A stretch of 63,684 bases of DNA, the filler included. It is 5 parts of 5 records of this genome, joined end to end, with 100 filler letters (N's around TTAATTAATTAA, not from the genome) between each part and the next. Parts side by side here need not be neighbours in the genome. Positions count along the whole stretch, not along the records: positions 19,960 to 45,720 come from SRR2962707_4941; 4 more parts are not named here. One strand, given 5' to 3'. Below are positions 29,404 through 39,294 of the stretch, one piece after another. Under the pieces are notes generated by a model. That model searched no databases, had not been told where the DNA came from, and saw only the letters and a list, made by a program, of their open reading frames with translations. Position 1 is the first letter of the stretch, and each line of letters opens with the position of its first letter. The position numbers were made by a program, and so were the translations under genes.

Positions 29404-29481
29404 AAAAGGCCAGCAAACGGGACTTTACCCCCAACCCATTCGTCTACATTAAAAGCGGATTAATCTAACTTTCAGGTCGAA

Positions 29482-29997
29482 ATGGCATTTATCATTGGTA
29501 TAGGAGGCGCTAGCCGATCGGGAAAGTCTACCCTGGCACAAAAACTGAAGGAAGCACTTGCGGCTAATCGGGTACTATCCCTGGACATGGATGAATATGT
29601 CTTTGATGAAAAAGAAGTCCCAAACATCAAAGGACATCCGGACTGGGAGGTGCCTGAGTCTATCGATTATGAGTGGGTTTTGCGCACTATCGCAGAAAAC
29701 AAATCCACATACGATGTGATCATTGTAGAAGGTATTTTAGCCTTCGCCGATCCATTACTGAATGCCCAATATGATTTGACCGTTTTCATGGAGATACCTA
29801 AGGACACCTATTTTGAGCGCAGGAGACAGGAAACCCGATGGGGAAAAGACCCTGAGTGGTACCTGGAGTATGTGTGGAAAGCACATCTGAAATATGGTCA
29901 ATATCCTGAAGCTGATTTTGTGCTATCAGGTGAGACTGAAATCAGTGAGGCAGATATACAGCAAATCATTCAAAAAATACATCTGGCCATCCGGTAG
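29482..29997 (+). CDS. P-loop nucleoside kinase (uridine kinase / nicotinamide riboside kinase-like)
   Basis: IIGIGGASRSGKSTLA, MDEY, VIIVEGILAF, DPEWYLEYVWKAHLKY. Confidence 0.8.
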   Translation: MAFIIGIGGASRSGKSTLAQKLKEALAANRVLSLDMDEYVFDEKEVPNIKGHPDWEVPESIDYEWVLRTIAENKSTYDVIIVEGILAFADPLLNAQYDLTVFMEIPKDTYFERRRQETRWGKDPEWYLEYVWKAHLKYGQYPEADFVLSGETEISEADIQQIIQKIHLAIR

Positions 29998-30039
29998 GAT
30001 GAACAGTGGTATTAACTTCGTGCCTCAAATCCCATCATC

Positions 30040-31062
30040 ATGATTGAGTACAAAGGCGCATCCATCCATGAATTGTTTTTCAAGAAAATCAAAGAAGAGG
30101 GCGAGGGAAACCCTCACCTCATTCAAAACGAATTTTCACCCAGCGAAGAAGAAACGCTGAAGAACATCTTTCTTAAGCCCTTTTCAGATACCATTAACAC
30201 CTATCAGTTTAAACATGATGTAGACCTAGAGCTGAATGTGCTTTTTCAGCTTTCACGAAAAACACTGCAAGAGCAAACGATCAGTGAAACCCATGAAGGG
30301 ATTGTCACTCACCTTCGAAACAGTTCCCGACATCCGAACATCAAGGAAGGGGATCTTTTCATCGTGCGGTTTGGTGACATCCTGTATGGTGGTCAACCTG
30401 TAGACGGATTAGGCATTTTCAAGGTGGAGAAAAAGGATGCCTTTATCGAAACGCCTGACTGGACGAAGGAGCCTACGTTACTTTTCAAAGAAGGAATTGG
30501 GGAAAAAAAGCTGGATAAAGCCTGTGTCATTCTTTTCACCGAAGAGCCATTCACTATTCTGGCCTATGACAATAACAGCAGTGAGGCGGTCTACTGGAAG
30601 AATGATTTTATCAATCTGGATTTCAAGCGGGATCACGTAAATGACACCAATCACTTTCTGCAAATGACAAAGTCTTACATTACTGATCAGATGCCGGAAG
30701 AGTTTGAAGTATCAAAAACGGATCAGATAGACCTGCTCAACAAATCAATCAAATATTTCAAAGAAGCTGAGACCTTCGACAAAGGTGAGTTTGAGCTATC
30801 TGTTTTCGGACAGGAAGATGAAGCAATCAACTCGTTTCGATTTTTTGACAAGCAGTATCAAAATGAAATGGATCTGGAGCTTTCTGAAAATTTCAAGATT
30901 GCGGCCAATTCAGTGAAAAAGCAGGCTCGGACTTTCAAGAGTGTTTTAAAGCTGGATAAGAACTTCCACGTTTACATTCATGGAAACAGAGAGCTGATTG
31001 AGCGCGGAGAAGACTCAGATGGCAGAAAGTATTATAAGATTTATTACCAAAACGAATCTTAA
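30040..31062 (+). CDS. Nucleoid-associated protein (NdpA/YejK-like, Bacteroidetes type)
   Basis: HPNIKEGDLF, GIFKVE, KLDKAC, YWKNDF, FKSVLKLDKNFHVYIHG. Confidence 0.8.
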   Translation: MIEYKGASIHELFFKKIKEEGEGNPHLIQNEFSPSEEETLKNIFLKPFSDTINTYQFKHDVDLELNVLFQLSRKTLQEQTISETHEGIVTHLRNSSRHPNIKEGDLFIVRFGDILYGGQPVDGLGIFKVEKKDAFIETPDWTKEPTLLFKEGIGEKKLDKACVILFTEEPFTILAYDNNSSEAVYWKNDFINLDFKRDHVNDTNHFLQMTKSYITDQMPEEFEVSKTDQIDLLNKSIKYFKEAETFDKGEFELSVFGQEDEAINSFRFFDKQYQNEMDLELSENFKIAANSVKKQARTFKSVLKLDKNFHVYIHGNRELIERGEDSDGRKYYKIYYQNES

Positions 31063-31066
31063 TTCA

Positions 31067-31612
31067 TTAGGATACCATTAAAAACGTCTTCAATACCCGC
31101 ATTCCTTCATCCTTATAAGAGGAAAGATCACCATCTAACATCGACTTATAGAGTTGGTATTTTTCATCAACGGGATCGGTATGGAATTTTATCGTACGTT
31201 CGTTTATCGCCTTTCCTGCCATTTCCCATTCGCCAAAATATCGCTGTGATGCAGGCTCACAAAAGCGCATAATGGATCCGCCATGGCGATCATCTTTTTC
31301 GATCTTATGATATAGGTTCATCACAACATCTTTATCACCCTCAAGGACTTGTAAAAATCGATCTTTGGTGTGGATCAAAATACCGGTCACATTTAACCTT
31401 GCGTTATTCCTTCTGGAAGCTTTCAGGATCTCTTCAATGTCCTTTTCATCGCATTTAGATGACCGTGCACTGGTGTAAACCAATCGATAAAGATCTTTCA
31501 CCGGTGGGTTTTCGCTTTTATTGTATTCGCTTGCCACAGCCAGCATCATTCGAATAAGCCGCTCGTCAGCTTCCGCGATCAAGTCAATCAACCTAGATTT
31601 TGCATTTTCCAT
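31067..31612 (-). CDS. BLUF blue-light sensor domain protein
   Basis: LVYTS, NNARLNVTGILI, FLQVLEG, DDRH, RYFGEWEM. Confidence 0.9.
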   Translation of the reverse strand: MENAKSRLIDLIAEADERLIRMMLAVASEYNKSENPPVKDLYRLVYTSARSSKCDEKDIEEILKASRRNNARLNVTGILIHTKDRFLQVLEGDKDVVMNLYHKIEKDDRHGGSIMRFCEPASQRYFGEWEMAGKAINERTIKFHTDPVDEKYQLYKSMLDGDLSSYKDEGMRVLKTFLMVS

Positions 31613-31723
31613 ACTCCAATGACCAACGAATGCTTAAAATGTTTGATCACTCTTGATTAAAAATCAATTCATGCATTGACACTTATCAATTTTTTTTTAG
31701 CGGAAAATATCGAGCTTTATTCC

Positions 31724-31900
31724 ATGAGCAAGACTAACCACAGCGGAAATGCAGTCTATGGACTAGGTTTCATAGGTGCAGTTATTTATTACATCTCCAT
31801 AGCCACCAGTTTCTGGACCGGATTTGTAGGTTTTTTGAAGGCAATCGTATGGCCTGCATTTTTAGTGTATGAAGCCTTGAAATTTCTGGATGGCGGCTGA
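31724..31900 (+). CDS. Small membrane protein (58 aa)
   Basis: AVYGLGFIGAVIYYI...FLKAIVWPAFLVYE. Confidence 0.7.
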   Translation: MSKTNHSGNAVYGLGFIGAVIYYISIATSFWTGFVGFLKAIVWPAFLVYEALKFLDGG

Positions 31901-32038
31901 TTCTTCCTTGATTCATAGATGACCAAGCAACTGCAGGTGTTATTCAACAAAGAATACCCACAGGTTATCGGAAGAAGGTTCATATCTTTTTTGAAGGAGC
32001 TACCTAATGTTAATTTTATAACAAACAACATTACCCCT

Positions 32039-32395
32039 ATGCCCGCATCTTTCATTGAACATCAAGGAAAAAAGATTTTACTAATTGACTATCAGGGTCT
32101 GAAAAAAAAGGAGGAAATGCTGGAGACACTGGCAGACTCCATGGAACTCTTCAAGGGCTCGCAAGGAAAAATGCGTACTCTCATTGACGTGACAGATGCT
32201 GCCGGAAACAAAGAATGGATGGAAGAATCCAAAAGACGAGGGAGAGAAGTAAGCGACCGAGTACTGAAAAGCGCAATCGTAGGAGTGACTGGCATTAAAA
32301 AAGTGCTATTAATGGGTTATAATGCGGTAACCGGAGGAAGAGTAAAACCCTTCGATACCAGAGAGCAGGCACTTGATTACCTCGCTAGTGACTAA
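32039..32395 (+). CDS. SpoIIAA/STAS-like small protein
   Basis: KKILLIDY, TLIDVT, KSAIVGVTGIKKVLL, KPFDTREQALDYL. Confidence 0.65.
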   Translation: MPASFIEHQGKKILLIDYQGLKKKEEMLETLADSMELFKGSQGKMRTLIDVTDAAGNKEWMEESKRRGREVSDRVLKSAIVGVTGIKKVLLMGYNAVTGGRVKPFDTREQALDYLASD

Positions 32396-32562
32396 CCCAC
32401 AGTCCACTGCTTCTAACGGCTTAAATCCCCATTAGCCTGGCTGAATGATTTTATGATTACGCATCTAATCTGCCCAATCTGTAATTGGTGTAATTATCAA
32501 TCATTTTAGCTACTTTTAATATTCAACCGGCTGGATTTAACGCTAATTTCAATACTCGTCTC

Positions 32563-34854
32563 ATGAATACTTATGCAGTTAAGGTTTGGTCCAGATTACC
32601 TGTGCTACTAGCAATAATTATTTGTTTTCAGTCCTTTGGTCAAACCACCTATTACAGCAGAAATGGAGCCACCGCTCCACGAAACTGGGATGAAGCGGAC
32701 TCCTGGACATTAAATTCAGATGGTTCGGGTGCTGCTGCTGCAATCCCAGGCCGAACAGATAATGTTGTTATACTTAGTGGGCATAATATTATCGTGAATA
32801 ACGCTGCGGATAACGGATCTGCTGGTGTTTCAGCAAATGCTTTAGGACAGGCCAATGTTGGCCCTTTTGTAAATTCAGGTACAGTAAATTTCTATCAAAC
32901 AGGCAATATTTATGTGAGAAGTGGAGGAACTTTTACCACTTCGCGCGCCATGCTTGGCGGAACAACCTATATTGACGGAACCCTAAACGCAACAGGTGAT
33001 CTTATAATTACAGGACGTTTGGAAATCACAGCCAATGCCACCAGCTCAATAGGCGATGATTTAATTCTATCGGGCTTTAGTGAAACACTTATTTACAACA
33101 CTACCACTTCTGCAGATGATTTATACATAGATCATACTGACGCTTTACTTTGTGGGGATAATACAGCCGACTTAGGAGATGCAATTCAATATTTGAATGG
33201 ATCTTCATCGGATCAGATTTGTAGTGACTTTCAAATTACAGGATGCGGTACATGCCCGACAAGTGGTACTGGAGGAAATACTCTAGGTGCCGAGCAAAAC
33301 CTTATTCCTACTGGTTCTATTTGGAAATATTTAGATGATGGTTCAGACCAGGGTACCGCATGGCAAGCAAGTGGATTTGATGACTCAGGATGGTCAAGTG
33401 GTAATGCAGAGCTAGGCTATGGAGATGGAGATGAGACCACCACCCTCGGTTTTGGAGGAGATGCTAACAATAAATACACAACCACTTATTTTCGAACTTC
33501 ATTCTATGTGGAGAATCGTGCAAATTTCACAAAGATCTTAGCAAACATCAATTACGATGATGGTGTGGTAGTATATATCAATGGAAACGAGGTAATCAGG
33601 GATAATATGCCAACTGGCACTATCACTTCCAGCACCTTTGCCAGTGGTGTAGTTAGTAATGAAAACCAGTTTAAAGAGCTAACCTTATCCGTTTTTGATG
33701 TGGTAAATGGCACCAACTACATTGCAGTAGAAATTCATCAGGCCAACCTGACAAGTAGCGATATCAGCTTTGATATGGAGTTGGTTGGGAGTTTCTCTAA
33801 TGAGCTAGTGGGCAAAGGAGAGACCTGGAGCTACCTGGATGATGGCTCGGACCAGGGTACCGCCTGGACAGGCACTTCCTTTGACGATTCAGGGTGGGCC
33901 ACCGGAGACGCAGAGCTTGGCTATGGGGATGGAGATGAAGTCACCACCGTTGGTTTTGGAGGTGATGCAAACAACAAGTACCCCACAACCTATTTCAGAA
34001 AATCTTTTGAAAATGTAGATGCATCCGTCTATGCGCTCAGAATTGGTTTGCGTAGAGATGATGGAGCAATCGTCTATCTAAATGGAAATGAAATTGTGCG
34101 TGATAACATGCCAACAGGCACCATTGACTACCTGGATTTTGCTTCCGGAGCAGAGGGTGGTGCAGATGAAGAAACTTATTTTGTATTTGAAGTTGATCCT
34201 TCTGATCTCATTGTTGGGACCAATTACCTGGCTGTGGAAATACATCAGGCCAATGGAACGAGTTCTGATATCAGTTTTGACATGTACCTGGAGGCTGTCC
34301 AGGCAGGCGCATTATTGCCTGTTTCACTGATTGATTTTTCAGGCAATCCGGAAGGGGGCTCGGTACGCTTAAACTGGAGCACAGCCACAGAAACTAACAA
34401 CGACTACTTCCTTATTGAGCGAAGCAATGACGGCATGAATTTCTCAGAATTGACTCGTGTGACTGGAGCAGGTAACTCAGATAAGGTTATCAATTACACC
34501 TTAAAAGATACACATCCGCTTTCGGGCATCAGCTATTATCGGCTATCCCAATTTGACTATGACGGACAGTTTGAGCGATTAGGAACCATACGAATCTCTA
34601 CTCAAAATTCAGACATAAACTCAATTCTGGTGTATCCGAACCCTTCGAGTGATAAGATACACGTAATAATGAATGATGGGTCTGCACCCGATCATGTAGA
34701 GCTATATGATTTATCAGGTGCACAGTATGAAGCGCCTCTCTTCGAAAACGATAGCATTACACAATTGGACATTAGAGGATTAAAAGCGGGCGTATACCTT
34801 TTAAAAATTCATTCTGCTAATAGTTCCTGGTCCCGATTAATTACGAAGAAGTAG
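32563..34854 (+). CDS. T9SS type A sorting-domain secreted protein with two tandem beta-sandwich repeats
   Basis: Signal peptide; duplicated W.YLDDGSDQGTAW...AVEIHQAN..SSDISFDM; LPVSLIDF, YYRLSQFDYDG, VYPNPS, GVYLLKI. Confidence 0.88.
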   Translation: MNTYAVKVWSRLPVLLAIIICFQSFGQTTYYSRNGATAPRNWDEADSWTLNSDGSGAAAAIPGRTDNVVILSGHNIIVNNAADNGSAGVSANALGQANVGPFVNSGTVNFYQTGNIYVRSGGTFTTSRAMLGGTTYIDGTLNATGDLIITGRLEITANATSSIGDDLILSGFSETLIYNTTTSADDLYIDHTDALLCGDNTADLGDAIQYLNGSSSDQICSDFQITGCGTCPTSGTGGNTLGAEQNLIPTGSIWKYLDDGSDQGTAWQASGFDDSGWSSGNAELGYGDGDETTTLGFGGDANNKYTTTYFRTSFYVENRANFTKILANINYDDGVVVYINGNEVIRDNMPTGTITSSTFASGVVSNENQFKELTLSVFDVVNGTNYIAVEIHQANLTSSDISFDMELVGSFSNELVGKGETWSYLDDGSDQGTAWTGTSFDDSGWATGDAELGYGDGDEVTTVGFGGDANNKYPTTYFRKSFENVDASVYALRIGLRRDDGAIVYLNGNEIVRDNMPTGTIDYLDFASGAEGGADEETYFVFEVDPSDLIVGTNYLAVEIHQANGTSSDISFDMYLEAVQAGALLPVSLIDFSGNPEGGSVRLNWSTATETNNDYFLIERSNDGMNFSELTRVTGAGNSDKVINYTLKDTHPLSGISYYRLSQFDYDGQFERLGTIRISTQNSDINSILVYPNPSSDKIHVIMNDGSAPDHVELYDLSGAQYEAPLFENDSITQLDIRGLKAGVYLLKIHSANSSWSRLITKK
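33322..34290 (+). repeat. Intragenic tandem domain duplication (period 504 nt)
   Basis: Units start at Trp codons 33322 and 33826. Confidence 0.85.
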
Positions 34855-35253
34855 CTAGTATAAGTGTCTCGCATCTACTTTGCTGAATAACACTTTCCGA
34901 AACTCACCGGGCTTTTTATCATTTAGTAATTGCAACGCACCTTTTTCTTTTATTAGCTCTTGAAATCGCTGCTCAGCCTGATCAAAGGCATTCTGATTTG
35001 GGTATGTAGTTTTTAAGATTAAGTGGAATGGTGCTTCCTCTGTTGATTCGGTCTCCAGAATTTCATACGAATCGATATACCCTCTTTCAATCGCCATTTT
35101 TCGCAATCCCAGCCAATTGTTTTCATAGTAAAAAATAGCCTCCTCCTTATTGTCATTCAGGACCTGAACAAAATCAATAGTGCTGATTTTTTGGTCTTGA
35201 GCAATAGCCAGGATTGATAGAAGGAGCAGTAAAGCAAATAGTGACTTTTTCAT
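34855..35253 (-). CDS. Hypothetical secreted protein
   Basis: Signal peptide MKKSLFALLLLLSILAIA; 132 aa. Confidence 0.7.
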   Translation of the reverse strand: MKKSLFALLLLLSILAIAQDQKISTIDFVQVLNDNKEEAIFYYENNWLGLRKMAIERGYIDSYEILETESTEEAPFHLILKTTYPNQNAFDQAEQRFQELIKEKGALQLLNDKKPGEFRKVLFSKVDARHLY

Positions 35254-35371
35254 GATTCAATTTTGTCTTAAAACACATCTCTCTACGAAATCACTTATGC
35301 CTTTGATGCATCAGCAGATGTGACTAAACAAAAAAGTCAGTCTTGCTTACCAAGAAATCTTCAAGTGATTT

Positions 35372-35962
35372 TTAATCACCAGTACTAGCCACAGGCAGTG
35401 GCTTTACCTGACTTGGGTGAATCTTATGAATATGCTCGTTGATAGAAACAATGCGCTTATCGATCTTCTTCATGAACTTCCGAAGATCTGTTTCCAACAT
35501 CATGACCTGACCATCGTACGAATACATGCCCACTTCCTTTTTCAAATCTTCTTTGTTTCGTTCCAGATCATTTCTGGTAATGCAACTCTCCCTCAGAAAA
35601 GAAATGAAGCTCTTCACATCATAATCGCCTTCAAAGCTGGCTATATCATCCATTGTCTTCCGATACTCTTTGGATGATATGTCGATATCAGAGGTAGGAT
35701 TTTTCAGTATATCCAACACGACAGAGTCGTAGTGGTGCAATAGCTCCAATATCTCTATTGCAAATTCTCTATATTCTCCATTGGTACAAAAAGCTGAAAG
35801 ACCATAGTAATGAGAAAGATCTTCAGACACAAACAGCCATTGCTCTGTCAAAAATTCATACTCCTCTTCGATATCAATGGTCACATAGCTTTGACTTTGA
35901 ACCTGACCAACAACAAAAGTTAGCAGTGAAAGGCTGAAAAAGAATCGGAGTTTTGTTTTCAT
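35372..35962 (-). CDS. Hypothetical secreted helical protein
   Basis: Signal peptide; 196 aa. Confidence 0.7.
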   Translation of the reverse strand: MKTKLRFFFSLSLLTFVVGQVQSQSYVTIDIEEEYEFLTEQWLFVSEDLSHYYGLSAFCTNGEYREFAIEILELLHHYDSVVLDILKNPTSDIDISSKEYRKTMDDIASFEGDYDVKSFISFLRESCITRNDLERNKEDLKKEVGMYSYDGQVMMLETDLRKFMKKIDKRIVSINEHIHKIHPSQVKPLPVASTGD

Positions 35963-36130
35963 GGCTACAGTTTTTGTAAATTCAAAAGTAGAGCCCGTTG
36001 AGACCGGATATCCTCATAAATAATGGGTAAAAATTTTTAGCAGTATTCACCCAGTGGTTACTCAGTATTATTTCGGAGTATATATTTCTAACCTAAATCA
36101 TTAACTTCACTACCAAGGGAGAACCAGCTT

Positions 36131-37870
36131 TTGAATTTTCCAATCAAACATATCTTACCCACCACGGATCGGTCTGTAAAGATTGAATTACGTCTGTTTG
36201 AGATCATCCTCATTCTAACCATCGCAGTGTTCACATTTTGGACGATCTATGGTTTCATTGTAGGCTATGAGTACTTCGTACAAACCGTATACACCAGCGG
36301 TATATTTATCTACTCCATAATCTACGTGCTTCAAAAAAAAGGTATCGCTTTCCGGAAGCTCTCAATCACCTACTATTACCTCGCACTATTGCTCATCGGA
36401 ATATCGTGGTTTCCAGCAGGTGGCATCACCACAGCGATTCCAACTTTCCTGGCTCTGGTATACTTATCCGGCTTATTGGTTTTACCACTCCGAGACTTTC
36501 TCGTCTTTATAGTTGTCACTTTTACAATGGTTTTGGGATTGATTATTTATGAACATATCAATCCGGAACTAGCCGCACCTTACCCGGACAATGGCCTCCT
36601 CATGCAGGACATGGCCATTTCTACATTGACTTCCCTTGCAATCATGGGCGTTTGCATGTATATCTTCAAGCGCACCTATATCGACGATCGTCGGCTTTTA
36701 AGACAAAAAAATGCTGAGCTGGAAAAAGAAAAGCGGAAAGCAGAATCTACCGATCAGGCTAAGTCCACATTTTTAGCTACCATTTCACATGAAATGAGGA
36801 CCCCTTTAAATGGTATCGTGGGTATGACCGAACTCCTTTCCAACACCGATGTAAATAAAGAACAGGAAGAATTAATTGAAAGCCTAAACTACAGCAGCAA
36901 CATCTTACATGGTCTAATCAGTAACGTACTTGATATTACAACTATAGAAGCCGGAAGGCTTGAGTTATCCATGAGCACGTTTTCACTGGCCGAGGAGCTT
37001 CATGCCATATGGAAGGTGTTTGAAAAGAAAACAGTCTCAAACCCTAATCTGGAAATAAAATTAAACATCGATGAAAATCTTCCCGAATATGTAACCGGAG
37101 ACGTGTCCCGAATCAGGCAGGTGTTGGTAAACCTGATGAATAATGCCACAAAGTTTACCTGGAAAGGCAGCATCACCTTGGACGTGCGAGTCCTGGGGAA
37201 AACCGGAGATGTCTGCTCAATAGAATTCAGCATCAAAGATACAGGGGCAGGCATACCCGCCGAGAAGCAAATCCACCTCTTTGAGACATTTTACAAAGCC
37301 TCTGATCAGGCGGGTTACGAAGGTTCCGGGCTTGGACTGGCCATCGTTGAAAAGCTCGTGAAATTGATGGGAGGAAAAATCGCTTTCGAGTCTAAAGCCA
37401 ACGAAGGCTCTAATTTCCATTTTACTCTGCCATTGGGTATTTCTACAGAAAATGCCGACAAAAATTTTGAGCCTATCAATGTTTCAGGTTTAGAGGAACT
37501 TCGAATACTTATTGTAGAGGATGTGGAAATCAACCGCATGGTGGCCACCAAAATGCTTAAGAAAATGAACATCCCAGATGTTGACCTGGCCTTCAATGGA
37601 AAAGAAGGTGTACAGAAAGCACAACAGAAGTTTTATGATATTATCCTGATGGATCTCCAGATGCCGGACATTTCCGGGTTTGAGGCCACCAGGCAGATTA
37701 CCGAATTTTACAGGGACAAGGAAAACAAACCCATTATCATCGCCCTTACAGCTAATGCGATGAAAAGCAGTGTAGATGACGGAAGGAAAGTAGGAATGAG
37801 CGATTACCTGCTAAAGCCAATCAAAACGGAAACGCTGAAGCAGGTGCTCATGAAATATGCCTCATTGTAG
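36131..37870 (+). CDS. Membrane-bound hybrid sensor histidine kinase with receiver domain
   Basis: N-terminal TMs, SHEMRTPLNG, NLMNNATKFT, DTGAGI, GSGLGL, MDLQMP. Confidence 0.93.
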   Translation: MNFPIKHILPTTDRSVKIELRLFEIILILTIAVFTFWTIYGFIVGYEYFVQTVYTSGIFIYSIIYVLQKKGIAFRKLSITYYYLALLLIGISWFPAGGITTAIPTFLALVYLSGLLVLPLRDFLVFIVVTFTMVLGLIIYEHINPELAAPYPDNGLLMQDMAISTLTSLAIMGVCMYIFKRTYIDDRRLLRQKNAELEKEKRKAESTDQAKSTFLATISHEMRTPLNGIVGMTELLSNTDVNKEQEELIESLNYSSNILHGLISNVLDITTIEAGRLELSMSTFSLAEELHAIWKVFEKKTVSNPNLEIKLNIDENLPEYVTGDVSRIRQVLVNLMNNATKFTWKGSITLDVRVLGKTGDVCSIEFSIKDTGAGIPAEKQIHLFETFYKASDQAGYEGSGLGLAIVEKLVKLMGGKIAFESKANEGSNFHFTLPLGISTENADKNFEPINVSGLEELRILIVEDVEINRMVATKMLKKMNIPDVDLAFNGKEGVQKAQQKFYDIILMDLQMPDISGFEATRQITEFYRDKENKPIIIALTANAMKSSVDDGRKVGMSDYLLKPIKTETLKQVLMKYASL

Positions 37871-37882
37871 GAGAAGCATTTT

Positions 37883-39157
37883 CTATCTAAATCTTTCAAA
37901 TGCTGCTTTCTCCAAGGCCTCCCGATGATCCGGATGTGCAATATCAATCATCAGCTTTGCCCTTTCCTTCAGAGTTTTACCATACAAATCAGCTATTCCA
38001 TATTCTGTAGACACATAATGAACGTGTGCTCGGGTGGTCACCACTCCTGCTCCACTACGAAGTGTAGGTACTATTTTAGACTCGTTCCTTGATGTGGTAG
38101 AAGGTAATGCAATAATCGGTTTTCCTCCGGGTGAAAGTGATGCGCCTCTAATGAAATCCATTTGCCCGCCCACTCCGCTGTAAATGCGTGTACCTATAGA
38201 ATCCGCGCACACCTGGCCCGTGATGTCTATTTCAATCGCACTGTTGATACTCGTCATTTTGGGGAGCTTTCTAATGATGGCCGTATCATTTACGTATTGG
38301 ATATCCAGCATCCTGACCACCGGGTTGTCATCTACGAAATCATATAATTTTCGGGAGCCCAATAAAAATCCTGAGACGATCACTCCCGGGTGTTTTGTTT
38401 TCATTCGATTATTGATCACCCCACTTTCAATCAACGGGAGAACGCCATCAGAAAACATCTCGGTGTGTACCCCCAGATCCTTGTGGTTTCCCAGGCAGGA
38501 GAGTACCGCATCAGGTATGGCACCTATCCCCATCTGAAGCGTGGCTCCATCTTCAATGATACCGGCGATGTGCTTACCAATATTTTGTTCCACTTTCGAC
38601 AATTCATGAGGAGGAATTTCAGGTATGTCCTGCTCATGTTCAATGAACGCATCAAATTGGCTAATATGCAAAAGGCCATCCCCGTGCGTGCGTGGCATCT
38701 TTGGGTTTATCTGAGCAATGACTTTTTTAGCTACATCCACAGCGGCTTTAGATGTATCCACAGAGATACCAAGCGAACAATACCCATGTTTGTCCGGAGC
38801 AGAAACCTGGATCAGGGCAACATCTACCGGTAAAACCCCGCTCCTGAACATGTACGGAACCTCACTCAAAAAGCTGGGGATAAACTCCGCTCGTCCCTCA
38901 TTAATCGCTCCACGCACATTTGATCCGACGAATAATGCTTTGACCTTAAAGGCATCACGATATTTCTCATCACAATAAGGTGCCGCACCTTCGGTGTGCA
39001 ATTCATATATGGTCACATCTCTTAGCTCATCCCCTCTTTTGGTCATGGCATTGATCAATGCCTGAGGAGCAGCTCCCGCTGTGTGGATGAATACAGATTC
39101 TCCTGAATTTATTATTGAAACCGCTTCCTCAGCACTTTTTGCTTGATACTTACTCAT
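37883..39157 (-). CDS. Acetyl-CoA hydrolase / 4-hydroxybutyrate CoA-transferase family
   Basis: TLQMGIGAIP, HTEMFSDG, SGVGGQMDF, TEYGIA. Confidence 0.92.
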   Translation of the reverse strand: MSKYQAKSAEEAVSIINSGESVFIHTAGAAPQALINAMTKRGDELRDVTIYELHTEGAAPYCDEKYRDAFKVKALFVGSNVRGAINEGRAEFIPSFLSEVPYMFRSGVLPVDVALIQVSAPDKHGYCSLGISVDTSKAAVDVAKKVIAQINPKMPRTHGDGLLHISQFDAFIEHEQDIPEIPPHELSKVEQNIGKHIAGIIEDGATLQMGIGAIPDAVLSCLGNHKDLGVHTEMFSDGVLPLIESGVINNRMKTKHPGVIVSGFLLGSRKLYDFVDDNPVVRMLDIQYVNDTAIIRKLPKMTSINSAIEIDITGQVCADSIGTRIYSGVGGQMDFIRGASLSPGGKPIIALPSTTSRNESKIVPTLRSGAGVVTTRAHVHYVSTEYGIADLYGKTLKERAKLMIDIAHPDHREALEKAAFERFR

Positions 39158-39294
39158 AAGTCGTCCTTTTTAATGTGGCAAAAATCAATAAGTTTCGATT
39201 GTGCAATACAAACAAACATCAGCCCAATTACTAACTTCCATCAGCTCTTTCACAAACAACATATTCCGATAGATTTGGCAAAAACCAACCGCTA

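Noticed and set aside
17955-29997. Functional link between nadQ/nadA and the NRK-like kinase
   Set aside because: They lie on different contigs from different phyla.
32417-32445. GGCTtAA/GGCTgAA pair at a 21-bp period upstream of the T9SS gene
   Set aside because: Too short and imperfect to distinguish from chance.
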